This document shows, in pieces, positions 11,699 to 22,990 of a DNA stretch of 48,106 bases. Position 1 is the stretch's first letter, and every line of letters starts with the position of its first letter. A program made the position numbers and the translations under genes. The notes beneath the pieces were generated by a model. It was not told where the DNA came from. It ran no database searches and was given only the letters and a program-made list of their open reading frames with translations. Location: the NCBI RefSeq assembly GCF_004010195.1, contig NC_057711.1, positions 72,846,878 to 72,894,983 on the forward strand, written 5' to 3'. Origin of the DNA: Chiloscyllium plagiosum (lineage: Eukaryota).

Positions 11699-12775
11699 TA
11701 GAACATAAAACATTACAGCACAGTACAGGCCCTTTTGCCCTCAATCTTGCGCCGACCTGTGGAACCAATCCAAAGCCTATTTATCCTACTTTATTCCATT
11801 TATCCAATGACCATTTAAATGCCCTTAAAGTTAGCGAGTCTACTATTGTTGCAGGTAGTGCGTTCCATGCCCCTACGACTCTCTGAGTAAAGAAAATACC
11901 TCTGACATCTGTCCTATATCTATCACCCCTCAATTTAAAGCTATGTGCCCTTGTGCTAGCCATCACCATCCGAGGAAAAAGCCTCTCAATGTCCATCCTA
12001 TCTAGGAGAAAGTGAGGTCTGCAGATGCTGGAGATCAAAGTTGAAACTTTATTGCTGTAAGTACTTCCCTCCATACCAGGCAACATCCCAGTAAATCTCC
12101 TCTGAACCTTTCCAATGCTTCACACCCTTCCTATAATGCAGTGACCAGACTTGTACATAATACTCCAAGGGCAACCACACCAGAGGTTTGTACAGCTGCA
12201 GCATGACCTTGTGGCTCCGAAACTCAATCTCTCTACCAATAAAAGCTAACACATTGTATGCCTTCTTAACAACCCTATCAACCAGGGTGACAACTTTCAG
12301 GGATCTATGCACATGGACACCGAGACCTCTCTGGTCATCTACACTACCAAGAATCTTACCATCAGCCCAGTACTCTTTATTCCTGTTGCTTCTTCCAATG
12401 TGAATCACCTCACACTTTTCTGCATTAAACTCCAATTGCTACCTCTCAGCCCAGCTTTGCAGCCTATCTGTGTCCCGCTGTAACCTGCAACATCCTTCTG
12501 CACTATCCACAACTCCACCGACCTTAGTGTGAAATGCAAATTTATTAATCCATCCTCCTACGCTCTCATCTAGGTCATTTATAAAAATGACAAACAGCAG
12601 TGGCCCCCAAACAGCCACTTGCTGTGCACCACGAGTTATTGAACTCCAGGATGAAAATTTCCCAACAACCATCACCCTCTGTCTTCTTTCAGCTAGCCAA
12701 TTTCTGATCCAAACTGCAAAATCACCCTCAATCCCATGCCTCCGTATTTTGTACAATAGCCTACCATGGCATTTA
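11699..12775 (-). mobile_element. CR1 LINE 3' portion (RT C-terminal half and 3' UTR) with a small Penelope fragment at ~12004-12057
   Basis: Peptides GPLLFVIFINDLD...KFAFHTKVGGVVDS, MEFNAEKCEVIHIGRSN and FFTQRVVGAWNALP. TAGAACA-type tail at 11699. Confidence 0.92.
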
Positions 12776-13964
12776 TGTGGCAAGAGACTATAGGATGTTA
12801 CGCATTAGAGGGCTCAGGGCATCCTCTGACAAGAATAGAGGAAAGAGTTATAACATGCAAGTAACTAGGAAGGCAAATGGACTGTTAATCTTTACTACAA
12901 GAGAGACGGAGTAGAAAGCAGGAAAGCTATAACTGTACAGAGCACTTTTGAGAACACAACTGGTGCACTGCAGATGGCTTATGTCTCCTTACTGAAGGAG
13001 AGATATATGTGTACCAAAAGTACTTCAGGAAAGGTTCACTCGGTTGATTCTGGTAATGAGGAGCTGACTAATGAAGAAAGATTAAGCAGGTCAGATACGT
13101 ACTTAGTGGAGCTGAAAAGAATAGAAGATGATCTTATGGAAACACAATATTCTGAAGAGAGCTGAACCATGGTGAAACTCTAGTAAGGCCATATTGTTTA
13201 TGTTTCGAAGTCAAAAAACTTCACTTCCAAAAGATCCCTACACTGAGTTAGTTCAACGTAATAAATACAAAAATGTAACAGAACAAAATGTTTCAATTTC
13301 TCGTTAGAGCAATTGATTCTGCAACATTAGGCAACTTCAAATTTAGGGAAAATTGTACATATTTTTTCAGTGATATATTTATAGTGCTGGCTAACAAGAT
13401 TATCCTTTCATTAAGGGGTAACTGCAGTTTGCTTTCAAGGCTACTGGAGAATTTGTACAAACAAGCAACAAGATTAGTCTCTAATGGACAAATATTTGCC
13501 TGCAGCTTCACATATCACAATGAATTATCAATTTTCCATATAACCCTTGAGGCTGTATATTACAATTGCCCTCAGTGTATTTATTTTTATGCTATGCATC
13601 ATTCAGAAGCAGCAGTCATAAATATGACCCAGCATGGATAAATAAACACAACATACATTTGTACTTGTCATCATCAAGACCCTAGAGGGAGAGTTAAAGT
13701 ACAGCTAAAGGTCAATATTTCCTGCCTCCTGACAGAACAAAGGGCATAACAAGTGAGCTAACAAAAGTCATTAGATAAGCAATTGGAAGGGCAATACTAA
13801 CTCTTTACCTTCTGGTTTTAAAAGTGAAATGGTTCCCCAGGATATTTTAATGATTTTTAAATCAGAACTTTTGTGCTATTATAGAAAGATAAAAAACCTG
13901 GAATATATACATGCTTCAAAACAACTGAGCTACTTGTGAAATGTAACAACTGCCATTTTGCAAG

Positions 13965-14300
13965 AAAATATGGCTGTCAATTTTACACACTCTGCCAAAC
14001 TAACTATAATGAGAGATTGACCAATTGACATGTTGAGGTAGTGTTTGGCAAAAGGTAAAGAAATTGCCAAGAGATGAAGAGAGCTCTCTGTTCCTGAAAT
14101 CTTTTCTGTCCACCTAAATAAACAGATGGGAAATCAGTTTAATATTTCAGCTTAAAGACATTAGCTTCAACAATACAGTACCCCTTCTGCAGACTTTACA
14201 GAACAGTGAAGTGTTAACCTAGATTCCGTAATTAAGTCCTGCTGAGAAGCTTGAACTTATAGACTAGTGGCTCAGCGGTATATATAGGCTCCCACTGAAG
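13965..14300 (-). mobile_element. Ancient tRNA-derived SINE, Deu-domain/SacSINE1-like, highly diverged
   Basis: ATCTTTTCTGTCCACCTAAATAAACAGATGGG...GTTTAATATTTCAGC, then TTGAAC (B-box remnant)...CCACTGA. Resembles my recollection of the DeuSINE consensus. Confidence 0.5.
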
Positions 14301-14971
14301 GAAACCAACACTTAAGTATTCTTGTTAAATAACTGCACCTTACTGAGCTGGTGGTAGATTAGCTTAATTATGAAACCAAAAACAAAGGCTTTTCTTGAAG
14401 CTCAATGCTCAAGGAGTCACATTGCTGTTGGTCCACAGCAGTGTTATGGTAGCCAGCCTTTTGATTCTGACTCTCTTCCATAATCTTAGATCCCTTCCAC
14501 ACACAATAAGGCACCACATGTTAGTCCCAGGTAGCCTTCTTTCCAACCAGATCTTTGTTTGCTTCACTGCTAGATTCCGATGGGGTCAAATATGTTCATA
14601 AAAGTGTAGCCATCATAAGTTATTTCCATTTGCAGTTTTAATTCAAATCTGTTCTCTTCGCCTGTATTCTTGGTGCTCATTCACTTTGCTTCTAATTAGA
14701 TGTTCACAGATGTCTGCCTTGCCATGGCTTGCTTTGTCTTACATTTTTGCACTTTACTGCCTCATTCGGAACATACAAGCCCACAGTACTTTTGTCTTGC
14801 CTTGCTGCATATAGCACACAAAAAGTCAAACAGTTTATCTTGGCTGTCAGTAGGCCAAAAAGGTTGAAATGTTATTGTATGACAGTGTACTACACTAGTG
14901 CCACACCTAGAATACATCACAAAAACAAAACTTGCTTCAACCAAACAGAAATGTCTCAACCACTAAGGGGA

Positions 14972-15737
14972 GTAGAGTCATACAGACATAAAAATGAACA
15001 GCACAGAAACAGACCCTTCAGTTCAACTCGTCCATGCCGATCAGATATCCGAAATGAATCTACTCCCATTTGCCAGCATTTGGCCCATATCCCTCTAAAC
15101 TCTTCATATTGATATACCCATCCTTTTAAATATTGTACTAGCCCCACCACTTCCTCTGACAGCTCATTCCATACATGCAGCACCCTCTGCATGTAAAAAT
15201 TTCCCCCTTAAGTCCCTTTTAACTCTTACCCCACTCACCTTAAGTTTTGGACTCCGCCCACTGCAGGAAAAGATCTTGCCTATTTACCCTACCAATTTAT
15301 CATTCCCCTCATGATTTTATAAACCTCTATAAAGTCACCTCTCAGCCTCCGACATTCCAGGAAAACCAGCCCCACCCTAATCAGCCTCTCCCTATAGCTC
15401 AAACCCTCTAACCCTGGCAACATTCTTGGAATTTTTTTCTGAACCCTTTCAAATTTCACAATATCTTTCCTATAGCAGGGAGACCAGAATTGCACGCAGT
15501 ATTCCAAAAGTGGCCTAACTAATGTCCTGCACAGCCCATGACCTCCCAACTCCTCCACTCAATGCATTGACCAATAAAGGCAAGCTTAATAAACATCTTC
15601 TTCACTATCCTACCGACCTGCAACTCAACTTTCAAGGAACTATGAACTTGGACTCCAAGGTCTCATTGTTCAGCAACACTCCCCAGGACCTCACCATTAA
15701 CTGTATAAATCCTACCCTGATTTTCCTTTCCAAAATG
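14972..15737 (-). mobile_element. CR1 LINE 3' fragment
   Basis: RTLVRPLLEYCVQFWSPCYRKDIVKFERVQKK...RRLRGDFIEVYKIMRG; AGAGTCATA tail at 14974. Confidence 0.92.
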
Positions 15738-15827
15738 TTATCGAGTTGGAAATTGGGGTCATCTTTAAAACTGAATTATTTTAATATTAATATTTAATAT
15801 TCTGTGCAGCTGATGTGTCACAGCAGT

Positions 15828-15930
15828 AACAAAACAGAAGCTGCTCGAAAAGTTCATCAGGTCTGGCAGCATCTGTGAAGAGAAATCAAAGTTAACATTT
15901 CAGGTCCGGTAACCCTTCATCAGAACTCAG
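15828..15930 (-). mobile_element. Penelope-like end with minimal hammerhead motif
   Basis: Minus strand AGTT-CTGATGA-AGGGTTACCGGACCT-GAAATGTT-AACT (15890-15927). Confidence 0.75.
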
Positions 15931-16954
15931 TTACAACCGTAATTAGCTTTCGACAAATGTAAACATCTCTTATGAAAATAAAGGTTATAAGAATCACTGA
16001 GGTCAAAACTGATGTCAAAGATTTATTGGACACTATCAATCATTGTTCATGAAAAATATCTTTTTTTCCCTTAGAAAGAATGGTAAACTATCAGGTGAGG
16101 CCTGTCAAGGGGTCACTAGAATTCATGGCATCATGGGTAGCTGCCCATAGTCTTTGGCTGAGAGGGTTCAGACAGGTGATTGACCCAGCACAGATAGCCA
16201 GCCGCTAAAATAAGAGATTTCAACAGAGGTCAATGGGGATAACAACAGAGAGACAGAGCGAGAGAGAGAGAGGATCCAGGGGAACAAGCCACCATCATCT
16301 TCGGAGAATATCAGGAGTTCCCCTACATCAGCCCAAGGGAAGAACAACAACTCCACGACAGAAGGCACAATAATTCCAAAACTCAAGGATTCCTCTTTTC
16401 TACAGAATATCTTTGGGATCAGTAAAGTGTTCTTATCTGTCATGGGCTGCATTTTTAATTATCTATATTTAAACTGCTTCTTTTTAACAAACTCAAAGAA
16501 CTTCCTGAAAATTGCTTACAAATGCTTGACTGCCTATTTCAGGTAACCCCTGAAAATCAACAGTAGTCCGCAGTCGGTCAAGGGGGACTGTCATCAGTCA
16601 GACTGCCTCACTACAGTCAGTCAAGGGCAGTGCCTGACCTCAGCCCAGAGGCTTTGACATGGTCAGTCAGCCACTAGAAGCAGTCAGGGTTGGGGGTTCC
16701 ATATCATCGCAGTCTGAGGATTGGACCATGACCAGACCTCTAGGTCCAGTGTGACGAGGGAGAGAATTCATAGTAAGTTAGTTGGGAGCTGCACAAGAGC
16801 AGTCAGGGCTGTTGTTCCAATTTCCAATTGGTCAAGGGGCTAGTTGATAGACCGTCCTGTGGATTTGGTCACTAAACGTCAAGGCAGATTGTTAAGTTGT
16901 ACTGGGCAAGTTGGGGAAGTCAAAGTGAAAATTGCAGGCAGTATGATGGATATA

Positions 16955-17312
16955 TCATAGAATCCCTACAGTGTGGAAAAAGGCCCTTTGGCCCCGCAAA
17001 TCCACACTGACCCTCCAAAGATTAACCCACTCAGACCCATTCCCCAACATTTACCTCTGACTAATGCACCTAACCTACACATCCCTGAACACTGTGGGCA
17101 GTTTAGCATAGCCAATTCACCTAACTTGCACATCTTTGGATAGTGGGAAGAAACTGGAGCACCCAGAGGAAACCCACGCAGACATGGGAAGAACATGCAA
17201 ACTCCAGACAGGCAGTCGCCCAAGGCTGGAATCGAACCCGAGTTGCTAGCACTATGAAGTGGCATTGCTAACCACTGAGCTATTGTTGCCGCACCTGAAC
17301 CATCCTAATTTA
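16955..17312 (-). mobile_element. HE1-type tRNA-derived SINE
   Basis: Minus strand tRNA-like head (GCTCAGTGGTTAGC...GGTTCGATTCCAGCC), body TCTGCGTGGGTTTCCTCTGGGTGCTCCAGTTTC, CR1-derived tail. Homologous to 25470-25768. Confidence 0.88.
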
Positions 17313-17907
17313 TGTCGGACACAATAGTTATGATGGAGGAAACTCAATTTATAAGGATGGGAGACAATAATACACAGGAAGATACCGAGAACATATTGAT
17401 TGGGAGAGGGGTTCAAAAAGAATCACTGCTACCCTGGCTTTGACACAGGGCACAATTCCTCACTACTGATGGTGTGGCTAAGCTATAGGCCTATGGCTCA
17501 GGGGTAATGTTGGAAGATGAAGGCAAGTGAGAGAGTTGGGTAGGAACCCACAACAAGAAGTTGGAAAGGATCATGAAGGTTTGATCATGGGAAACCAAAA
17601 CAAATATAATGTACCTGTGACACTCTGCAAAAAGTGACCTGTGTTTTCTTCTATCTTCATGCAAATTGCAAGTGAATATTGGAGGAAACACAGTCGCTGC
17701 AATCACACCCAAAGTGCTTAGGATGCAGATGCTTCTTGTGAGCAATGTAAGGCCCTTCCAGATGCAGCTGCATGAATTTGACACCTACACAATACAGGCT
17801 AAAGACCTCTCTAATCATTGAAAACTACAGTGAGCCAGTATGTGCAATACAAATCCTGTTCCCGAGTAATCTCGATTATGACATTGATTTTTACAAATTG
17901 CTTCTAG

Positions 17908-18190
17908 TCATAAAAATACAGGAACAAAGAAAACAGGAGCAGGAGTAGGCCATTCAGCCCATTCAAACCTGCTCCTCCATTCAATACGATCATGGCTACT
18001 TATCCAATTCAGGATTCTATTCTTGTTCTCCCTCCCCAAACTTTTTGATCCATTCAGCTCTGAGAACTATAACTAACTCCTTCTTGAAAATGGTTTGGTT
18101 TCAACCACTTCCTGTGACAGAGAATTCCACAGAATCACTACTCTCTGAATGAAGAGATTTGTCCTCATCTCAGTCCTAAATGGCCTAACT
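17908..18190 (-). mobile_element. CR1 3' end remnant
   Basis: AGGAGCAGGAGTAGGCCATTCAGCCC tail and AGAATTCCACAG...ACTCTCTGAATGAAGA (reverse complement of the FxQRVVxLWN coding region). Confidence 0.75.
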
Positions 18191-18665
18191 AGGTGTACAA
18201 CTGGGTCATCTCTGTAAAACAGAGATAATCACAGGCAACCATAGAAATATCACCTGCAAGCCATGATTCATAAGAACAATCCAAGATCTCTAACGCTGTA
18301 CAAAGGCAGGGAGCTGGTTACCTCTCACCTTGAACTGTAAGCTTTTGCCTACACCCTCTTTCATGCAATGCTGTTTTTTTCTTGGATGATGTGGGGATTG
18401 GAATTGGGTGAACAAGGTTTCAATAATTCTACATGCTTATAATCTCCTACTGCATTTGTGTGACACAGTTTCTGCTGCATATATCAGAATAAGGTCCACT
18501 AAGGGAAAGGTTAATCTACAGGAATTTCATAGCATTCCTTGTCCTGCTATATCGATAATTATGCCAACCTGCCATCTGTGTTTGAGACACATGCTGATGC
18601 TCATCCTACTAAGGATGTGTTATGTTTCTGATACTTACCACACAGATTCATTGGAACATTGAGCA

Positions 18666-20140
18666 ATGGATCCAGCCACTGCAGAGACTATTGTCACTGT
18701 AGCAATGGTGCACCAAATGTGCAGATAGATTGAATAGGACCAAATATGCCGACAAGCCCAGGACTGGCAGCAACCCCCAGCACCAAGAGCCACTACTTGA
18801 AGATGTCACGGGTGAAGGTCTCTTTAGGAAGTACAGGAGGCTCATATCCTTTCATCCTCAATGCCATTTCCTCCAGGTGAGGGAGGCGCACTGAAGCCAG
18901 AGATGAATGACAGTTCTGGAGCACCTTCACAAAACTGTCTCAGCTGCTGGATGAGTCACGTGAAGTCAGGGGGTGAGTGACAATCGTGTCTAAGTAATGA
19001 CTAGGGCGACAGCTGCACTGGCTGCTTCCAAGGATCCGGAGAGGATCTCTATGGGAGATCTCTGTGGGAACTCTTTGTCCTCAGCCCAAAAATGTATCAA
19101 GGCTGTTAGCGATGCAATTTGTGCCAGATCACAACACTCCATCTTGTTTCACCGTAGGGCAGTGCTGCAGCCCGGGCAATAGGCTTCATCAACATCCCTA
19201 ACTTCCCTGAGGTGGGGAACACGTCATGTTGAGAGTGCAATCTTGTAAATGTAGTCGATTTCTTCAGCAGAACACAGGTCTTATTGCCTTAATCGCAAGT
19301 CATCTGTGACAATTTGTACAACATCTTAGATGTCTGGGAGCTGACACGATGCCCATATTTTTGAGAACTCATAAGTTCTTACTTCAGTTCAAGCACTGGA
19401 TACCTTACAAAGCTGGTTACTGGGAGACAAGGGCTACACCCTGCAATTATGGCTGATGACTTGGTTACGCAACTCCCTGGCTGAGACTAAATGTAGCTCC
19501 GAAGCAGCCAATTCATTCACCAGGGAAATTAGGGGGCAAACTGTTAGCATCTTGGAAGTAGGGTTTTGACAGGTCTGAGGGGGCTTTGCAATACATTCCA
19601 GACAGACCTGAGCTATAGAGAGAGGCTGAACAGGCTGGGGCTGTTTTCCCTGGAGCGTCGGAGGCTGAGGGGTGACCTTTTAGAGGTTTACAAAATTATG
19701 AGGGGCATGGATAGGATAAATAGGCAAAGTCTTTTCTCTGGAGTCGGGGAGTCCAGAACTAGAGGACATAGGTTTAGGGTGAGAGGGGAAAGATATAAAA
19801 GAGATCTAAGGGGCAACTTTTTCACGCAGAAGGTGGTACGTGTATGGAATGAGCTGCCAGAGGATGTGGTGAAGGCTGGCAAAATTGCAACATTTAAGAG
19901 GCATTTGGTTGGGTATATGAATAGGAAGGGTTTGGAGGGATATGGGCTGGGTGCTGGCAGGTGGGACTAGATTGGGTTGGGATATCTGGTCGGCATGGAT
20001 GGGTTGGACTGAAGGGTCTGTTTCCATGCTGTACATCTCTATGACTCTATGACCTGCACGCTGTGCTGTGCGTGATCAGCACAGAGAGAGTGGGGATGTG
20101 ATGGATGCTGAAAAGCTGGGTGATTGACAGCAGCCTTCTA
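18666..20140 (+). mobile_element. PIF/Harbinger DDE transposase fossil, interrupted by a CR1
   Basis: GDLCGNSLSSAQKCIKAVSDA (ORF 18997), WLLGDKGYTLQLWLMT..RN (~19414-19473) and GALQYIPDR (~19580-19606) match the HARBI1-like motifs GDxxGISQ, LLGDxGY and WLMTP. Confidence 0.8.
19607..20052 (+). mobile_element. Young 5'-truncated CR1 3' end
   Basis: LSYRERLNRLGLFSLERRRLRGDLLEVYKIMRG...FFTQKVVRVWNELP; (TCTATGAC)n tail; short GACCTG repeat at both junctions. Confidence 0.93.
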
Positions 20141-20169
20141 AGGAGTAAGCCTCGGGGCTCAATTGAAAC

Positions 20170-20266
20170 AAACAAAAACAGAAATTGTTGGAGAATGTCA
20201 GCAGGTCTGGCAGCATCTGGGGAGAGCAGGATTAATGTCTTGAGTCCAGTGACTCTTCTTAGAACT
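20170..20266 (-). mobile_element. Degenerate Penelope-like end
   Basis: CAGCAGGTCTGGCAGCATCT...GAGTCCAGTGACTCTTCTTAGAACT; homologous to the copies at 15828 and 26100. Confidence 0.65.
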
Positions 20267-21059
20267 TAATTGACACTTGCTTCTGATAGATGTGAGCTGG
20301 CTGAAATGATATTCATGGACTGTAAACTCGTTGTTCATCAAAGGACAACGTTCCTCCCCCAGCAAACACAGTTTATTTTGAGTTTGATTTTTTCCTTTGC
20401 GTTTCCTGTTGTTCAATAAAAGTTAATGTTTTCAATTATTTGAAGACGTTTCAACATGTGATGTTCCCATAGTATACAATAACAAGATGTTATACTGTGC
20501 TGGGTATTAGTACTTCCTCAGCTAGGTTCAACATGGTATGGTACTAAGGACAGATAACCTTTGTAGTTTAAGTCTTACACTACAGTTACAGTAATAGTTA
20601 ATCAGACAAGTGATATAAAGTAGCAATGCACTTATGAATGTGAGATCCTATTTTCAATGAATTGTCACATGTGCCACCCGTATGCCTCAGAAGCAGTTCT
20701 TTTCTGTTTCCCTCCCATTACATGCACTGTGAGGGATCTTTGTGACTGGCAGTGACTGACTTGATGTATGGCTGACCCTTAAATGTGGCGATGGTGGTGG
20801 AAGTTGCATTAGGCCTTGGGAGTGCCAAATCTTTCTATCATTGGTGAGTGTACAATAGCAAGAGTACAGTGTCACAGGAGCAGACATAATACTGACAGCA
20901 GTGGAAAATTGTGTAAAATAACTCACCAGATTAATCTCCCTGAAACTGCCACTTGGGTATTATTCAGTCTAGTGTTTTGTATTCTGACCCATGTTTTTAA
21001 AATATCAACTTTACTAAGCTCACTTGGGACTGAATTGTTGCACTGCAACAAATGAAATT

Positions 21060-21910
21060 ATCATAGGCCATAAAAAAAAGGAACAGGAGTAAGTCATTCG
21101 TTTCCTTGAGCCTGCTCCACCATTCAAAAAGATCATGACTAATGCAACATTAATCATTTCCACTTTCCTGCTCTTTTCCCCCAAAATCCTTGATTCTCCT
21201 ACTGAAGAATCTATCTAAATCACCCTTAAATACACATGTTTCAATGAGATCACTTCTCATTTTTCTAATCCCTAGTGAGTAGAGTCACAACTTGTTTAGT
21301 CTTTGCTAGCAAGTTTTAAGAAGATTTGTAGCTCAGGTTGAGGTTCTGGATGTAGGTTTGCTCGCTGAGCTGGAAAGTTCATTTTCAGATGTTTCGTCAT
21401 CGTACTAGGTAATATCTTCAGTGAGCCTCTGGACGAAGCACTGCTGGCGTTTCCTGCTTTCTATTTATATGTTTGGGTTTCCTTGGGTTGGTGATGTCAT
21501 TTCTTATTCTTCTTCTCGGGGGTGGTAAATGGGATCCAAGTCGATGTGTTGTTGATAGTGTTCCGGTTGGAATGCTATGCTTCTAGGAATTCTCATGCAT
21601 GTCTCTGTTTGGCTTGTCCTAGGATGGATGTGTTGTCCTAGTCAAAGTTGTGTCCTTCCTTATCTGTATTTGCTCAAAAGACTATCCCTCCATACCAGAG
21701 ATCATACCTTCTCTGACTGCCTCCATTGAAGTGGTAGCTTTCCTTAAATCAGGGGTAAAAGGTGTTCACAATACTCCAGATGTGTTCTCACTAACAACTT
21801 GTACAGTTGCAGTAAGGCTTCCCTACTATCATACTCCAATCCCCTTGGAATAATAACCATTATTCCATTAGCCTTCCTGATTATCTGCTACACCTAGTGC
21901 TAGCTTTGTT
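21060..21910 (-). mobile_element. Old CR1 3' fragment hosting a Penelope insertion
   Basis: CR1 tail at 21060-21140 and decayed RT C-terminal sequence at 21690-21900. Confidence 0.65.
21313..21668 (-). mobile_element. Penelope (Poseidon-type) 3' end: GIY-YIG endonuclease C-terminus plus pLTR with hammerhead motif
   Basis: Minus-strand peptide TDKEGHNFD*DNTSILGQAKQRHA*EFLEA*HSNRNTIN...IDLDPIYHP. Hammerhead-like TCA-CTGAAGA...GAC-GAAACATC-TGA at 21385-21424. Confidence 0.85.
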
Positions 21911-22024
21911 GCTGGCAAACAAATGAACCTCATCTTCTAATTCTCATCAATGTTAGCTTCCATATTTAATACAACCTCAATAAAGATGGCACCACAATGC
22001 CATTACTTTTGTTTCTTGTAATAC

Positions 22025-22990
22025 CTATTATGCCCATTTAAAGAATGATCTTTTCACCTTGTGGATTATCACATTAAATTTATCTTGGACAATCATCCCT
22101 AAGTCACAAAATAACTTTGAGAAATTTGCATAAGACTATTGTTACTATTAATCCACAGGACAATGGAGAGGCTGAGAAAACAGTGAAAATCATTAAAATG
22201 CTAATGTTAAGAAGAGTGATTGGGACTTAGCCATGCTGAATTATAGAGCAACAACATTGTTTTCCAACAGCATTGCTTTGAGTCAAAGGTTGAAAAAACA
22301 AATTCCATTGTTGAAACAGAATCTAAAGCTAAATATACATCAGATGATCATGACAGAATAAGAAGTGAAAGCCATAGCTATGTTGGTACCAGGTCAAAAG
22401 GTATGGATCAGAGATCAAGGGTCTTAAGACTGGGTGCTTAAACAAGTTAAACAACGATCACCCAATATCCACTTGGAATGTTGAATAAAAACAGAAAAAG
22501 CTTTAATAGCATTGGAGGCAGTAAGAATAAATGAGTTTGAATATCACAAACTCTTAGACAAAAGCATAAAAATTAAATTAATTGACTCACAGAATGGTGT
22601 CGATGAACCAGTTGTACACCATTACTCTTGATTAACAGTGACAGGAAAAGACCCGGCTGAGCTCTAAAGGCACTGCAAAGGCTTAACCTATGAAGCTAGG
22701 AGTTTGGCGGAAAATGCTGGGAATGTAAATAGCTTAGGGAGATAGATCAAGAAAATACTTTAAACAATATATTAGAAGTTGTAATTATACTTGGGGGAGA
22801 GATATACAAACAAAATAGTGATCTGCATGATGTTGTAACAGTATTATCATGTGCAGTTTGAAAAGAGAGATAGAATAGTTTGTACAAGAGACAGATGTAT
22901 TTACTTAGAAATAAAGGATGGATTACAGTATAAGTAAATGAGCCATGGAGAAACCTACCAGAGTCAGATCTTAGTCAAGGTATCCAAATA
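22025..22990 (+). mobile_element. Ty3/Gypsy integrase fossil with PPT-like tract and decayed 3' LTR
   Basis: NPQDNGEAEKTVKIIKML...LAMLNYRAT (~22149-22255) resembles the Gypsy IN motif PQSNGxAER..LALLxYRxTP. Purine tract GGGGGAGAGA at ~22793; AATAAA at ~22910. Confidence 0.7.

Larger units (their letters stand above)
8160..13165 (+). mobile_element. Old, fragmented CR1 LINE (ORF1 esterase, endonuclease and RT remnants) interrupted by younger insertions
   Basis: Decayed CR1 motifs occur in collinear pieces: VVIVH.G (8237), PVDVVQLDFQ (9111), AKFTDNGKVG...WQVEYNAGEWEIIHF (11530-11676) and a C-terminal piece at 12850-13165. Confidence 0.7.

Noticed and set aside
16060..16106. Possible 20-nt micro-exon (TTTTTTCCCTTAG...ATCAG|GTGAGG) and similar AG/GT pairs near 35730-35880
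   Set aside because: Such motifs occur by chance in AT-rich DNA, and no coherent reading frame links them.
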